Of a stretch of DNA of 64,000 bases, positions 10,718 to 21,743 are shown piece by piece. Under the pieces are notes generated by a model. It saw only the letters and a list, made by a program, of their open reading frames with translations, was not told where the DNA came from and did no database searches. Numbering within the stretch: position 1 is the stretch's first letter; the number at the start of each line of letters is the position of its first letter. The DNA is from an uncultured bacterium (GTDB lineage Bacteria; Verrucomicrobiota; Verrucomicrobiia; Limisphaerales; UBA8199): contig CAVVMW010000023.1 of the NCBI GenBank assembly GCA_963749495.1, forward strand, positions 640,001-704,000, written 5' to 3'. The translations under genes and the position numbers were made by a program.

Positions 10718-13247
10718 TCACTGTGCCGGGGCCATATAGACCTGCCCGCTCTGGCTGGGGCCCAGGAAGTAGCCGAAGCCGTTGGTCAACTCGAACATCA
10801 CACCCTGGAACGAAATGGTCTTGTGCAAGTCCGGGTTGAGCGCGGAGCCGTTGAACAGGCCGGTGGCGTTGTTCAGGCCCAGGGTGAACGACTTGGCCCC
10901 CGGGTTCACCATCCGGGAGCGCGAGTCCAGGCCGAAGGTGTTGGTCCAGGCGCCCGTCAAGCCGCCGCCGCTCAGGATGAGCTCCGCGTGGTTCCAACCC
11001 CTGGACCCGGCCCCGGCCGCCGGCGGCGCATAAACCGCGCCGACGCTCACGACCTCGTTGGTGAAGGCCGGCGTCGAGGCCTTGGCCGTCGAGATAGCCG
11101 GCTTGATCCAGACCGTCTGGCCGAAGAGGTCGCACGAAGGATCGTTGGCGAACTGCACCCAGCTCATCACCAGGCCATTGCCGCCGTAGAGCGAGGCAAA
11201 CAGGGGCCAGTAACCTTGCCTCGAAATCGTCGTGCTCTGCGTCACCTTGGTGCCATCGGCCAGCGCGCCGCTCCATTGGAGATTGCCCGCGGCATCAACC
11301 TTGATCGTTCCGCAGCCGTGGCCGGCAGGCGTGGCCGTGGCAGCCGGGTCGCCGCGGATGACCAGCGTGTAGTTTCCCGCAAAGGCGCTCGCCCGGTTTG
11401 TCTTGAGGTCGAAGACCTGCCGGAAGGCCAGCAAGTCCGCGGACCAGGCGCTGCCCGAGGAGACACTTCCGACGATCTGCTCGCTGGTGGAGAGGTCCAG
11501 GCGCAACTGGATGGTCAGGGCCGGCAGCGCGGCGCCGCGCGAGACCGTCCTGGTCTGCAGGCCTGTGGCGGGATTGAAGTCCAGCCCGGTGGCGGGATCG
11601 AACTTGCCGGAGAGGGAATAGGTGCGGTTGCCCAGGGCGAGCTTGGCGCTGTAAGCGCCGCCGCGCGTGACTTTGGCGCTGAACAGGCCCGAACTCAAGG
11701 CGCTGGCGCCATTGGTATCCGAAAAGACCCCGCTGTAGGCCCCCTGGGCCAGGATGAGCGCGTTGGAAAGGACGCCGCCCTGGACCGTGAGAACCGGGAA
11801 AACGATCTCCGGCGGCGTGGCGTTTGTGGTCGGGGGCGTCGTCCCTGTGGTCGCGTCGGGCGCAGCCGGCGGGGCGGTCAGGAAGGGGTCGTAAGCCGGG
11901 GCGCCATACGCCGGCGTGGGTCCTGGCGCCGCCGGCACATAGCCGGCGCTGGCATAGACCTGGCCCAGAACATCGAAACTGTTGAACCCGCCGGCATAGC
12001 TGGACCAAACCGCAAGGAAGCGCGCGGAGCCGTCGGAGGCCACGGCCGGGTGCATCTGCTGAAAGAAGTTGCTCGTGTTGACGCGAAACTCATTGGTCCC
12101 CTCCGGTGAGCCGTCGCTTCGCAGGAACCGGCCGAAGATTCCCAGGCTCGAACCCGGTCTGGTCGGCGCTGGTCCAAGTGACCAGGTACTCGCCGCCCAG
12201 CGCGCTCACCGAGGGCGCGTACTGATCGCCTGTCAAAAAGGAATTAACGCGGTTGACCGGGCCGCCAATGCTGTTGGTGAACGGGCGGCTGTAGATGTCC
12301 AGTCCGTTGGACGGCGTCCCCAAGTCCTTCTGCGCCCAGGCCACCACGAAACCGCCATCCGGCGCGCCCACAACGGCCGGCATCGAGCAGGCATTGATCA
12401 GGCTGGTGCTGACCTGGATTTCGTTGCTCACAGGCTGGCCCGAGGCCCCGTAAACCCGAGCGTAGATCTCGACGCTCGGCAATCCCTGCGGGATCTGGAG
12501 TTGGATCGGGATATCCCCCGGCGAGCTGTCCACCTGGTTGTTCTCCTGCTCCGAGACCCAGACCACCACAAAGCCGCCACCCGTGAGGGGGGCCACCGCC
12601 GGGTCGCGCTGGTTGAAGGGCGTGAAGGTATTGACCAGGAACTCATTGCCCGCCTTCTGGCCCGCCGGGGTCAGGACCTGGCCATAAACATCCTGCATGC
12701 TGCCGGCGCTCTGCTGGTTGTAGCTGCCATAGACAATCACCACGTTGCCGTTGGCCAGCACCGCCAGGCTCGGGTGCTTGCGGAAACCGGGGCCGGTGAA
12801 CGTGTTGACCAGCAAATCGCCCGAGAGCCACGTGTTGCTCGGCGAAAGGAACCGCGCGCAGATGTTCTGCTGCCCCAGCGCGCCGCCCTGCCAGGCAAAA
12901 ACCGCCCCGCCTCCGTTGAGCAAGGCCACCTGGGGCCACTCCTGGTAGCCCTTGGCTATCTGATTGACGCGAAACGGCGCCTGGACCTTGCCAAAAAGGC
13001 TGTCCAGGGCCACGGCCCTGATGCCCGTGCCCTCGGTCCCCATGGCGTTGTCTTCCCAGACGGCATAGCCGCCGCTCGGGCTCAGGCCAAGCCTGGGCCG
13101 CGTCTGATCGCCGGGCAGGCTGCCGCCCACAGGGTATTCGCTGCCATAGGGCGGAGCGAAGGTTGATTGCGCCAGAACGAGGCTGGGCAGAGCGAGGGCC
13201 AAACCCCAGCCGATCACCGTGTTGCGGACGAACAGCGACAATGACAT
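10718..13247 (-). CDS. Secreted beta-propeller-like repeat protein (EFxVNTFT...P.VA.L..GGFVVVW repeats) with the conserved C-terminal domain (frameshift near 12155)
   Basis: ORFs 12090-13271 and 10718-12055 continue the same repeat across the junction (TWTSADQ / GIFGRFL...NEFRVN). Signal peptide ends LVLAQ. Confidence 0.8.
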
Positions 13248-13347
13248 AAACGAGTACTGGTTTCTTAACAAACCCAGGCGGGTTTGTCCATGCTTTACTC
13301 AGGGTAAACGCAGTCGGTCAGTGAAGGCGCAATCTGAGTCCCCGGCC

Positions 13348-13497
13348 AACCCCTCACCCCAGCCCTCTCCCCTTCCGAAGGGGAGAGGGAGGATTCTCGG
13401 CACCGGCTTGAGAAAACGGAGACGCCTGGAATCCTCAGAGACTGCCGACACTTCCCCCTCTCCCCTTCGGAAGGGGAGAGGGTCGGGGTGAGGGGTT
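13348..13497. repeat. REP-like inverted repeat (CCCCTCACCCC..CCCTCTCCCCTTCCGAAGGGGAGAGGG pair)
   Basis: Two inverted copies, each an internal hairpin, lie between the secretin and the next gene. Confidence 0.8.
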
Positions 13498-13635
13498 TGC
13501 CCGGGGCGTCACCCCCGCGTTCACCGAGGCCGTACGGGTAAATCCGGCGGGGGGCCAAGTCGTGGTTCACAAGGGGCCTCGAGTTAGGATTTGGGCCTGT
13601 CCCCCCCGGGGCCAGGCCGTCGAGCCAAGCGGGGG

Positions 13636-16395
13636 TTACGGCTGCCCCGCAGCCATGGCCCTGGGCTGGGTTGGGATGCCGGTAAAGGGCATCTCGTCCT
13701 CCGAGTGGTAGCGGTTGCCCGCCGGGTCAATGATGGTCGGGGTGACGAAGATCAGGAGGTTCTTCTTTTGAGTCTGGCTGACCTCGTTGCGAAAGAGACG
13801 CCCGATGAGGGGGAGGTCGCCCAGGATTGGGACCTGGTCTTTGAGCTTGCTCACGTTGTCGGAAATCAGGCCGCCCAGGACGATGGTCTGGCCGTCCCAG
13901 ACATTGACCGAGGTGGTCACCTGGCGGATGCGGAAGTGCGGCAGCGGATACTGCGCGGTCACCGGCACCGACAAACCAATGGGGGAGATGGTCTGGATCA
14001 GGATGCCAAACGGACCGGGGGGGTCGTAACCAATGAATTCGATCAGGCTCGGAATCAACGTCATCTGCACGCTGAAGCCGTCAGCCGAGACGTAAGGGAT
14101 GACGTCCAACGTGGGGCCGATCGGGAAGGGGATGGCACTGGGCACGCTCGAAACCGCGCCGGCCCCGCCGCCCACACCCACGCCGCCGACGCCTCCACCG
14201 ACGCCGCCACCGCCAATGCTGCTGTTGACCGTGCTCCCCACAAAGATATTCACCATGTCGATATCCATCATCTCACACTGCCGCCCGCTCTCGGTGGTGA
14301 CCTGGGCCTCGCTCAGGATGTCCACGCCGTCCTTCTGCTGCAGGGCGTGCAGCACGACCTTGAACTGCGGGTCGGTGAGGATGCCGGTGAAGCTGGCCAG
14401 CGCCGGCAGGCTCGGCAGGTTGTTGGCCGTGCCGCGCACGCCGCTGGTCAACTGCCCGTCCGTGGACGACGGCGCATTGGGGGTGCCGTAGGGGAAGAAT
14501 CCCGCCGGGTTGGCGGCACTGGGGGCGCCGGTCAACGTCGGCTGCGAGCCGGAGGAGCCGACTACGCTCCCGCCACTCATCAGAAACTGCCCCAGGAACC
14601 ACTCGAACCCAAAGCCGCGAGAATCGTTCTGGGTCACTTCCACAAACTTGCTCTTGATATTGACCTGCGGCGGCGCAATGTTCAGCACCTGCACCGCCCG
14701 CTCGATGGTGTCCAGGTCCTGCATCGTGGCATAGACCAGCAATGACCCCTCGCGATCGTTGAAGAAAATGCTCTTGCCCGGAGGATTGATGAAATCCACC
14801 CCAACGCCCTCGAAGAAGGCCCGGACAAAGATCTGCTGGGACAAGGTTGCGTTGGTGCGGGTGACCGCCGTGACGCCGCCGCCGACGCCGCCCCCGCCCA
14901 TGCCGCCGCCGCCCATCATGCCGCCGCCCATGCCGCCGCCGCCGCCGCCGGCAATATTGACGTGCGGGACCGTGGCCAAACCGCCGCCCCCGCCCATGCC
15001 GCCCATGCCGCCCATCATGCCCATGCCCCCGCCCATCATGCCCCCGCCCATGCCCCCGCCCATGCCCCCGCCCATGCCCCCGCCGCCGCTGCCGCTGCTG
15101 CTGGAGAGCGACATCAGCAGCGAGGCATAGTCCAGCCCGCTCACGTTCTCCAACCCCTCCTTGAACGTGTTGGGGTTCACCTTGATCACCTTGAAATAGA
15201 GCGGCACCGTCTCCCGCCCTTTCAGGGAGAACACCACCGCGTAGTCCTCGACGGTGTACTTGATCGGCCGGTCGGCGACCTTGAGGATGATCTCCAGGAA
15301 GTCGGCCAGGCGGATGTCGTGCAGGGCCACGTCGAGCTTGATGCCGATCGTGCTCATGTCCACGCTCTCAGCCGGCGCCGCGGCCGTCGGCAGGCCCGTG
15401 GCCGGGTCCGTGGCCGGCGCGGCCGCGGCAGTGGCGCCGGCCGTGTCCGCGTACGGGGCGAGGATGAAATTGAGGCCGCGGCCCTCGGGGTCGCGTTTCC
15501 TGGCCTGGTCGTCGAGGAGCTTGATCACATCGCTGAGGGGCACGCTAGGCATCGGCTTGACTTCATCCAGGCGGATGCGGTCCAGCTTGTTGTAGATGAT
15601 TTGCCGGCCGCGCCCGGTCCAGACGAGGTTGGTGCGGGCATAGAGATTGGGCACAGGCAGCAACTCGGCGCTCGTGTCGATGGCCCACTTGGTCTCGACC
15701 TCGCCCATTCTCTTGCGGGAGGCCAGGTCGCGTTCGTTCATGGCCACGTGGTAGCGGGCCTCGCTGATCAGGTTCAAGTAATAGTAGGCGCCGTCGTTCT
15801 CCGGGTCCACTTTCCTGGCCTGCTTCAACTTGGTCTCGGCCTCGTCCAGTTTGCCCATTTCATAGAGCAGCTTGCCGTCCTGCACCAGGCCGGCGGCCCG
15901 ATGCTTCTCGGCCACGGCGCCCGGCACCATCGCCTCGACATCTTCGCTGGGCGTCTTGTTCGCGTTCTCGGCCACGAGCTTGTCATTGGCCCGGCGGAAC
16001 TCGATGGCCTCGGCGTTGGTGGGGTCAACCCGCAGGACGTCATCCACCTGGACCTTGGCCTCGCGGAAATTGCCGCGGTGCTGGGCGCTGCGGGCCAGTT
16101 CCAGGCGCACGACTGAGAGGCCCGCCCGCACCTGGGCCGCCTCCTGCTCCACGCCCGGCCCGATCTTCTGGACCAGGTCCCAGCAGTCATCGTAAAGCTT
16201 GGCGGCCACGACCGCCTCGCCGTGTTCCTGGGCATCGCGGGCCTTGATCACAGTATTGCGCAGGAGGATGCAATTGGCCTGCCGATAGACTGCCTCTCTG
16301 ATTGCCACGTCCTTGTCGGCAACTTGCGCGCAAGCCGCCGTGAGGGACGCCAGCAGTAGTGTGAGGCCGAGGTAGGGGGTAGCTGCTTTCATCAT
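13636..16395 (-). CDS. Secretin (GspD/PilQ family), verrucomicrobial type with N-terminal TPRs; Amuc_1098-like
   Basis: Signal peptide, TPR-like N-terminus, Gly/Met-rich insert, and C-terminal secretin motifs (VNVWDGQTIVLGGLI, VPILGDLPLIGRLFR, KKNLLIFVTPTII). Confidence 0.92.
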   Translation of the reverse strand: MMKAATPYLGLTLLLASLTAACAQVADKDVAIREAVYRQANCILLRNTVIKARDAQEHGEAVVAAKLYDDCWDLVQKIGPGVEQEAAQVRAGLSVVRLELARSAQHRGNFREAKVQVDDVLRVDPTNAEAIEFRRANDKLVAENANKTPSEDVEAMVPGAVAEKHRAAGLVQDGKLLYEMGKLDEAETKLKQARKVDPENDGAYYYLNLISEARYHVAMNERDLASRKRMGEVETKWAIDTSAELLPVPNLYARTNLVWTGRGRQIIYNKLDRIRLDEVKPMPSVPLSDVIKLLDDQARKRDPEGRGLNFILAPYADTAGATAAAAPATDPATGLPTAAAPAESVDMSTIGIKLDVALHDIRLADFLEIILKVADRPIKYTVEDYAVVFSLKGRETVPLYFKVIKVNPNTFKEGLENVSGLDYASLLMSLSSSSGSGGGGMGGGMGGGMGGGMMGGGMGMMGGMGGMGGGGGLATVPHVNIAGGGGGGMGGGMMGGGGMGGGGVGGGVTAVTRTNATLSQQIFVRAFFEGVGVDFINPPGKSIFFNDREGSLLVYATMQDLDTIERAVQVLNIAPPQVNIKSKFVEVTQNDSRGFGFEWFLGQFLMSGGSVVGSSGSQPTLTGAPSAANPAGFFPYGTPNAPSSTDGQLTSGVRGTANNLPSLPALASFTGILTDPQFKVVLHALQQKDGVDILSEAQVTTESGRQCEMMDIDMVNIFVGSTVNSSIGGGGVGGGVGGVGVGGGAGAVSSVPSAIPFPIGPTLDVIPYVSADGFSVQMTLIPSLIEFIGYDPPGPFGILIQTISPIGLSVPVTAQYPLPHFRIRQVTTSVNVWDGQTIVLGGLISDNVSKLKDQVPILGDLPLIGRLFRNEVSQTQKKNLLIFVTPTIIDPAGNRYHSEDEMPFTGIPTQPRAMAAGQP
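14880..15090. repeat. Low-complexity GGGM coding repeat within the secretin
   Basis: (CCCCCGCCCATG)n and variants encode GGGMGGGMGGGMMGGG. Confidence 0.85.
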
Positions 16396-16450
16396 GGTTC
16401 AGGTGGTTCTGTCAAACACTAACGCGGTTCAAGGTGTGCAAATAAACCAA

Positions 16451-17263
16451 CTAATCGGGACTGCTCTCTGGGACGATGGTCCACTTCTTTCCGTTGGACT
16501 TGGCTCGGAGGACGACCTCGCCCCTGGTAATCGAGACGATGTCGTAATCCTCGCCGCCGAAACTGAGGGGCGGACCCTGGTTGGCCCGGCGGTTGGCCCA
16601 GGCCAGGCGGCTGTCCGGCCCGTATTTGAGGTCGGCCGTGTAACCGTCCACTCGCCGGAAGACGTTGGTCTTTTCATTGGAGAGCGCCACTTCCTGGCCG
16701 GTGTCGTTGAGGACGACCACGACATTGGTGGGATTGTCCAGGGGGCCTCCGAATGCCTTGACGGTGAAGATCACGTTCTTGTCGCCCACTTTGCAGTAGC
16801 GGGTGCTCTTGGCCCGCTCCTTGGGGGTGCGCGCCGCCTCCCGCTTGACCCCAATGAGGAATTTCGGCTCGTTGCCCTCGGGCGTGATGTTGTCCAAGTT
16901 CAGTTCCAGGTAAAGCTTGTGCAGCTTGGTCACCTGCACCGCCCTGGGACCAATGTGGCTGGAGTCCAGCCTGACCAGCCGGGCGTCGGGCGTCTTCTGC
17001 CATGGCATCGGGTTGAACAGCTTGTGCGGCGAGGCCAAATCCAGCACCACCGGCGCCGCCACCCGCTGCAACACCAACTGAAAGGCGCTCAAATCCAACT
17101 CCGCCAACGGCGTCACCCTCGGCGCCTTCAACTCGGCCGCCTTGTTCTGCAAATCCTCCTTCTCGCTGGCAATTTTCAGGAACAGGAATGCCACGGCCCC
17201 GGCCAGCCCCAGCAGGACGGCGCCCAGGAGGACCTTCTCGTAATGTTTCTTCAGGAAATCCAT
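16451..17263 (-). CDS. Pilus-like system protein, Amuc_1099-like
   Basis: N-terminal MDFLKKHYEKVLL plus a TM helix; positioned directly before the secretin. Confidence 0.65.
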   Translation of the reverse strand: MDFLKKHYEKVLLGAVLLGLAGAVAFLFLKIASEKEDLQNKAAELKAPRVTPLAELDLSAFQLVLQRVAAPVVLDLASPHKLFNPMPWQKTPDARLVRLDSSHIGPRAVQVTKLHKLYLELNLDNITPEGNEPKFLIGVKREAARTPKERAKSTRYCKVGDKNVIFTVKAFGGPLDNPTNVVVVLNDTGQEVALSNEKTNVFRRVDGYTADLKYGPDSRLAWANRRANQGPPLSFGGEDYDIVSITRGEVVLRAKSNGKKWTIVPESSPD

Positions 17264-17274
17264 CGTGTCTTGGC

Positions 17275-18468
17275 CTATTTGGCGGAGGCGGGTTTGGAGT
17301 CCAGCTTCACGATGCCGAGCATCATCGTGACCTTCAATTGCTTTTCATCGAGCACGACGTTCGGGCCGCTCTTGCCGGGCGCGCCGGGCGGCGGGGCGGT
17401 GGCCGGGTTGAGGCCGATGATCCCCACCGTCGAAGACGGAGGAGGTGGAGGGGGCGCACCGGGTCTGCCGCCGGGGCCGTATCCGCCGGGGCCGCCGGAT
17501 CCGCCGGGGCCGTATCTATTTCTATTCATCGCTGCGCCATAGCGTTTCTCGAAGTTCATTCGGGTGATGGCCCGTTGCCGGGCCTCATCAATGGCCTGCG
17601 TCGTGGTGGGGGCCGGCAGGCCAGGGGCCGGCGCAACCGCCGTGGTTGCAACGGTGGGGAGGACCTCCAGGCCCGGCGCGCCGGGGACCAGTCCCTCGAC
17701 GTTGATGGCCTTGACGATCATGGCATACGGGGACTTGGCAAACCCGGCGATGACCGCGCCCAGTTCCTGGCTGAAGCATCGGAAGGTCAGCTCATAAGGG
17801 CTGATCACCACCTTGTAGGCCGGGTTGGTCTGGGACAGTTCGCCCAAATAATCGCCGGTGCTGCTGCCGGCCCTGTCGTCAGGCGAGGCTGCTTCCCGCC
17901 GGATGCTGTCGATGGCGTTGATCTTGGCCGCGAAGAGCACATCGCAGATGGCCCTGACCTCGCCCAACTGCACGGCCAGCAGGTCGAGGCTGCCCGGGGT
18001 AAAGGAGAGCTTGCGGGCCTGGTTCTGGAAGGAGAAAGAATAATCGTTGGGCAGGACGATGCTGGCGTTGGTGGCCTCGCGTTGGAGTTGGTTGATCGTG
18101 CGGCTGAAGTTGGTGGCGAAGGCCATGTCCGTGAGCTTGGGCACATTGGTGGCGCCGGGCTCGGCCAACTGGGACATGTCGGGGATGGGCGGGATGCGCT
18201 CGAAATGCTTGCGGGCCTGCTCGAGCATGGCCACCACCTGCGTCGTCTGGAGGCTGGCCGCCTTGATGTTGTCAATCTTGGAATTGCCCGGATGCGGTTT
18301 CTCGGCATTCTTCTTGCCCAGTTCCTCGTAATACGTGTTGAGCTTGGCCAGGTTGGCGCTGTCCAGTTGCCACTTCGTGTAGAGGAAGAAGCCGGCCAGG
18401 CCGATGAGGGCCAGGGCAACGATGCTGCCGACCAGGAAGTAAAGGTTGCGTTTGAGCCAGGGCATCAT
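17275..18468 (-). CDS. Amuc_1100-like pilus-associated protein (PilO-like position)
   Basis: MMPWLKRNLYFLVG plus TM helix, coiled-coil, YELTFRC motif; lies between the PilM-like and Amuc_1099-like genes. Confidence 0.7.
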   Translation of the reverse strand: MMPWLKRNLYFLVGSIVALALIGLAGFFLYTKWQLDSANLAKLNTYYEELGKKNAEKPHPGNSKIDNIKAASLQTTQVVAMLEQARKHFERIPPIPDMSQLAEPGATNVPKLTDMAFATNFSRTINQLQREATNASIVLPNDYSFSFQNQARKLSFTPGSLDLLAVQLGEVRAICDVLFAAKINAIDSIRREAASPDDRAGSSTGDYLGELSQTNPAYKVVISPYELTFRCFSQELGAVIAGFAKSPYAMIVKAINVEGLVPGAPGLEVLPTVATTAVAPAPGLPAPTTTQAIDEARQRAITRMNFEKRYGAAMNRNRYGPGGSGGPGGYGPGGRPGAPPPPPPSSTVGIIGLNPATAPPPGAPGKSGPNVVLDEKQLKVTMMLGIVKLDSKPASAK

Positions 18469-18472
18469 ACGA

Positions 18473-20374
18473 CTACTTGGTGGGTAAGAGCCGCAGCGGG
18501 CGCTTGAGCCGCAGGTCAATCTTGAACGTGAACGTGCCCGGGTCCTCGACAGCGCCCAGGTTGCTGGATAGCACCGTGTTGGTCTCGAACATCGGGCTGC
18601 CCTTCAGTGCCTCGACCACCATGAAGGCCATCGCCTCGTCGGCGCTGGCCTGGCTGGCCCCCTCCGAAAACGAGGAGAGGCTCACCGCGCGGAAGGTCAC
18701 GTCCAGGCTGGTGACGTCGTTGGCGTCCTTGAGCTTGGGCGCAGCCAGCTCGGCCCCGGCGCCAATTATGGCCGTGGACGGCCCGGTCCTGCCCCCCAAT
18801 CCATAACGCGCGTAGCGCGCCTTGAGAGCCGCGTCCGGGTCAACCCCCGCGATGCCGGTGCTCGCCGGTGCGGCCCCGGCCTCGAGCAGGCTCGTCAGGT
18901 CGCCGCCTGGATCGAAGGCCTTCAACGAATCAATCCAGATGCCCCCATCGATGCCCCAGTTGGCCTTGGCGGTCCCCTCGACGTGAAAGAGCGCTTTCTG
19001 GATCTCCTTGAGGACGTCAACCCAGTAATAGCGGTTGCCCAACCAGCCGATGACCTGGGCAAGCTGCTGGGTGTTGCTGTTGAGGTTGCGCATCACGCCC
19101 CCAAACCGGCTCGACAGGGCTTGGGCCTTCTTGAGCGGCTCCTCCAGTTCCTGCGCCGACTTGTTCTTGGCCTGGGCCAACTGGTCGAAGAGCACCCCCA
19201 TCAGGCAAACCACTCCAGCCAGGCTGAAGACCGACGCCAGCAGATAGGGCTTCTTCTGGTTGAAACTCTGCCAGCGCAACGTGGTGTCGGGCATCAGGTT
19301 CAGCTCGACCGGGCACTGGGCCAGGTTGCGCAGGCCCAAGCCCACCACCTCGCCCAGGGAATGGGCCACGCGCGCCAGGTCCTCCAGGTTGATCGACGGG
19401 TCCAACTGCACGTTGCGCAGCGGGTTGAAATACTCGACCGGGACGTTGAGTTTCTCGGCGAAGAACTGCGCCGTATAAGGCATGAGCGAGGCGCCGCCCG
19501 ACAGAAAGAGCCGCTGCGGGGCCGAGCCGCCCTGCTGGCCGCGGTAAAACTGCATGGTCTGGTTGACCTGGATGTGCAGGCGGGTCATGAACTGCCGGGC
19601 GATCTTCGAAATCGCCGCCTGGTTCGGGTTCTCCGGCTCTTCGTAGGCCCCGCCCAGGCTCACGAAGCCCTCGTCGATCTTGAGCTTCTCGGCGGCCTCG
19701 AACTTGAGCTTGGCCTCCGTCGCGAAATCGTGCGTGATGGAATTGGCGCCCAGGTTGATGCTGCGGGAAAAGACCTTGCCCTTCTCGAAGAACAGGAGGT
19801 TGCTGGTCTTGGCGCCGATGTCCAAAAGCATCGTGCAGTCCTCCAGGTCGCCATAGTTGTAGCGAAAGGCGTTGCACAACGCCGCCGGCGAGACATCCGC
19901 CAGTTGCAGGCGCAGGCCCGCGCTCTCCGTGACTCGGAACAGGCCCTCGACGATGTCCGCCTTGATCGCCACAAGGAGCACCTCCAATTCCCCTCCCGGC
20001 GTCGAGCCCAGTATCTGGTAATCCCAAACAACCTCCGCCAGCGGGAACGGGACGTTCTGCTGCGCCTCGTACTGGATAATTTGGGTCACTTTCCCCGCAT
20101 CCACCGGCGGCAGCTTCACGAATTTCGAGAACACGTGGAACCCCGGGGCGCACACGTTCACGTTCCTGGACTTGATCCCTTTGTCGGCGATCAATTTCTG
20201 CATCGCCTTCGCAATCGCCGCTTCCCGCGTGGACTCCTGCGCCCCTTCTGCGCCCAGCGATTCAATCCCATATTGCTTGAGCCGCAACCCGCCGGCCTCG
20301 TTGACCTCGAATTCCGCCAGCTTGAGGCTGCCCGCCCCAAAGTCAACCGCCAGAAATGATTTCGTGTTCAGCAT
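18473..20374 (-). CDS. pilM: Type IV pilus assembly PilM with fused PilN-like TM/periplasmic region (Amuc_1101-like)
   Basis: Actin-like ATPase motifs VDFGAGSLK, LDIGAKTSN, LSGGAS; YEAQQNVPFPL; ELNLMP followed by a TM helix. Confidence 0.9.
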   Translation of the reverse strand: MLNTKSFLAVDFGAGSLKLAEFEVNEAGGLRLKQYGIESLGAEGAQESTREAAIAKAMQKLIADKGIKSRNVNVCAPGFHVFSKFVKLPPVDAGKVTQIIQYEAQQNVPFPLAEVVWDYQILGSTPGGELEVLLVAIKADIVEGLFRVTESAGLRLQLADVSPAALCNAFRYNYGDLEDCTMLLDIGAKTSNLLFFEKGKVFSRSINLGANSITHDFATEAKLKFEAAEKLKIDEGFVSLGGAYEEPENPNQAAISKIARQFMTRLHIQVNQTMQFYRGQQGGSAPQRLFLSGGASLMPYTAQFFAEKLNVPVEYFNPLRNVQLDPSINLEDLARVAHSLGEVVGLGLRNLAQCPVELNLMPDTTLRWQSFNQKKPYLLASVFSLAGVVCLMGVLFDQLAQAKNKSAQELEEPLKKAQALSSRFGGVMRNLNSNTQQLAQVIGWLGNRYYWVDVLKEIQKALFHVEGTAKANWGIDGGIWIDSLKAFDPGGDLTSLLEAGAAPASTGIAGVDPDAALKARYARYGLGGRTGPSTAIIGAGAELAAPKLKDANDVTSLDVTFRAVSLSSFSEGASQASADEAMAFMVVEALKGSPMFETNTVLSSNLGAVEDPGTFTFKIDLRLKRPLRLLPTK

Positions 20375-20521
20375 TTACGCTCGCGTGGTGTCACCCACAG
20401 TTTTGCCGCCCCTGCCTTGCGTATTTGGTGAAGGGCAGCCGATGGTGGGTATCTAAATTCAGGGCAACCGTCAAATAAAAAATTGCCTTTCAAGGCCCGG
20501 GACGCTCAACAGAATGGGTCG

Positions 20522-20577
20522 CTGCCGCCTAAAGGCGGCGTTCCGCAGCAAACCGGAACGCCGCCTTCAGGCGGCAG
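20522..20577. repeat. REP-like palindrome pair (CCGCCTAAAGGCGGCGTTCC / GGAACGCCGCCTTCAGGCGG)
   Basis: Inverted doublet of small hairpins in the intergenic region. Confidence 0.75.
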
Positions 20578-20610
20578 GATGGGCGCTCGAAGAAACCGGT
20601 TGTGCGCCCC

Positions 20611-21591
20611 TCAGACCCTCATCCGGAAATACTCGATGGTCTGGATCAATCCCCGGGCCAAGGGCACATGCGGTTCCCAGCCCAGGATTTTCCTGGCCCG
20701 GGTGATGTCGGGCCGGCGCTGCCTGGGGTCATCCTGCGGCAGCGGCTTCAAGGCGATGCGGCTGCGCGAGCCGGTGGCCCGGATAATCTCCCTGGCGAAC
20801 TCCAGCACGGTCATCTCGACCGGGTTGCCGAGGTTCACCGGCTGGCCGCAGGCGCTGTGCATGAGCCGATAGATCCCCTCGATGAGGTCGGAGACGTAGC
20901 AGAAACTGCGGGTCTGGCTGCCCCGCCCGAACACCGTCAGCGGCTTGTGCTGGAGCGCCTGGCTGATGAACGCCGGCACCACACGCCCGTCGTTGAGCCG
21001 CATCCGCGGGCCGTACGTGTTGAAGATGCGCGCAATCCGCGTCTGCACCCCGTGCTCCTGGCGATAGGCGACCGTCAGGGCCTCGGCAAAACGCTTGGCC
21101 TCATCATAACAGCCGCGCGGCCCGATCGGGTTCACGTTGCCCCAGTAATCCTCCGTCTGCGGGTGTACCAGCGGGTCGCCATAGACCTCCGAAGTCGAGG
21201 CCAGGAGAAATCTCGCCCCCTTGGCCTTGGCAAGGCCCAGGGCCTTGTGGGTGCCCAGCGAACCGACCTTCAAGGTCTGAATCGGCAACTCCAGGTAATC
21301 GACCGGGCTGGCAGGCGATGCAAAGTGCCACACGTAATCCACAGGCACATCCAGAAAGAGGAACTCGGTCACGTCCTGCTCGACGAACCTGAAGCCCTGG
21401 TTTCCCGCCAGGTGCGAAATGTTGTCCACGCTGCCGGTGACAAGGTTATCGATACCGATCACCCGATGTCCCCTGGCCAGCAGCAGGTCCGTCAGGTGCG
21501 ACCCCAAAAAACCCGCTGCCCCCGTAACCACTGAAGTGGGATGCCCCGACCCCTTGAGGTTTGGTTTCGCGCGATCTGCCCCTGCGGTCAT
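20611..21591 (-). CDS. UDP-glucuronic acid decarboxylase family (UDP-xylose synthase-like SDR)
   Basis: [65 protein letters not shown]. Confidence 0.93.
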   Translation of the reverse strand: MTAGADRAKPNLKGSGHPTSVVTGAAGFLGSHLTDLLLARGHRVIGIDNLVTGSVDNISHLAGNQGFRFVEQDVTEFLFLDVPVDYVWHFASPASPVDYLELPIQTLKVGSLGTHKALGLAKAKGARFLLASTSEVYGDPLVHPQTEDYWGNVNPIGPRGCYDEAKRFAEALTVAYRQEHGVQTRIARIFNTYGPRMRLNDGRVVPAFISQALQHKPLTVFGRGSQTRSFCYVSDLIEGIYRLMHSACGQPVNLGNPVEMTVLEFAREIIRATGSRSRIALKPLPQDDPRQRRPDITRARKILGWEPHVPLARGLIQTIEYFRMRV

Positions 21592-21686
21592 GGAATTTCC
21601 TTTCTGTTGAACCACATCCCTTGGCGGACCGGTCAGTCCCCGCGTCCCCGCGTCTCCGCGTCTCTCAGTGCGCCCCTGCCCCTCGC

Positions 21687-21727
21687 TCATTCGTCATTCG
21701 TCATTCGTCATTCGTCATTCGTCATTG
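21687..21727. repeat. Heptamer tandem repeat (TCATTCG)x5+
   Basis: Directly visible. Confidence 0.95.
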
Positions 21728-21743
21728 CCCGCTCTACCCTCCC

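Noticed and set aside
10695..11276. N-terminal extension of the 945-aa ORF
   Set aside because: It overlaps the upstream gene in another frame; the signal peptide begins at 10694.
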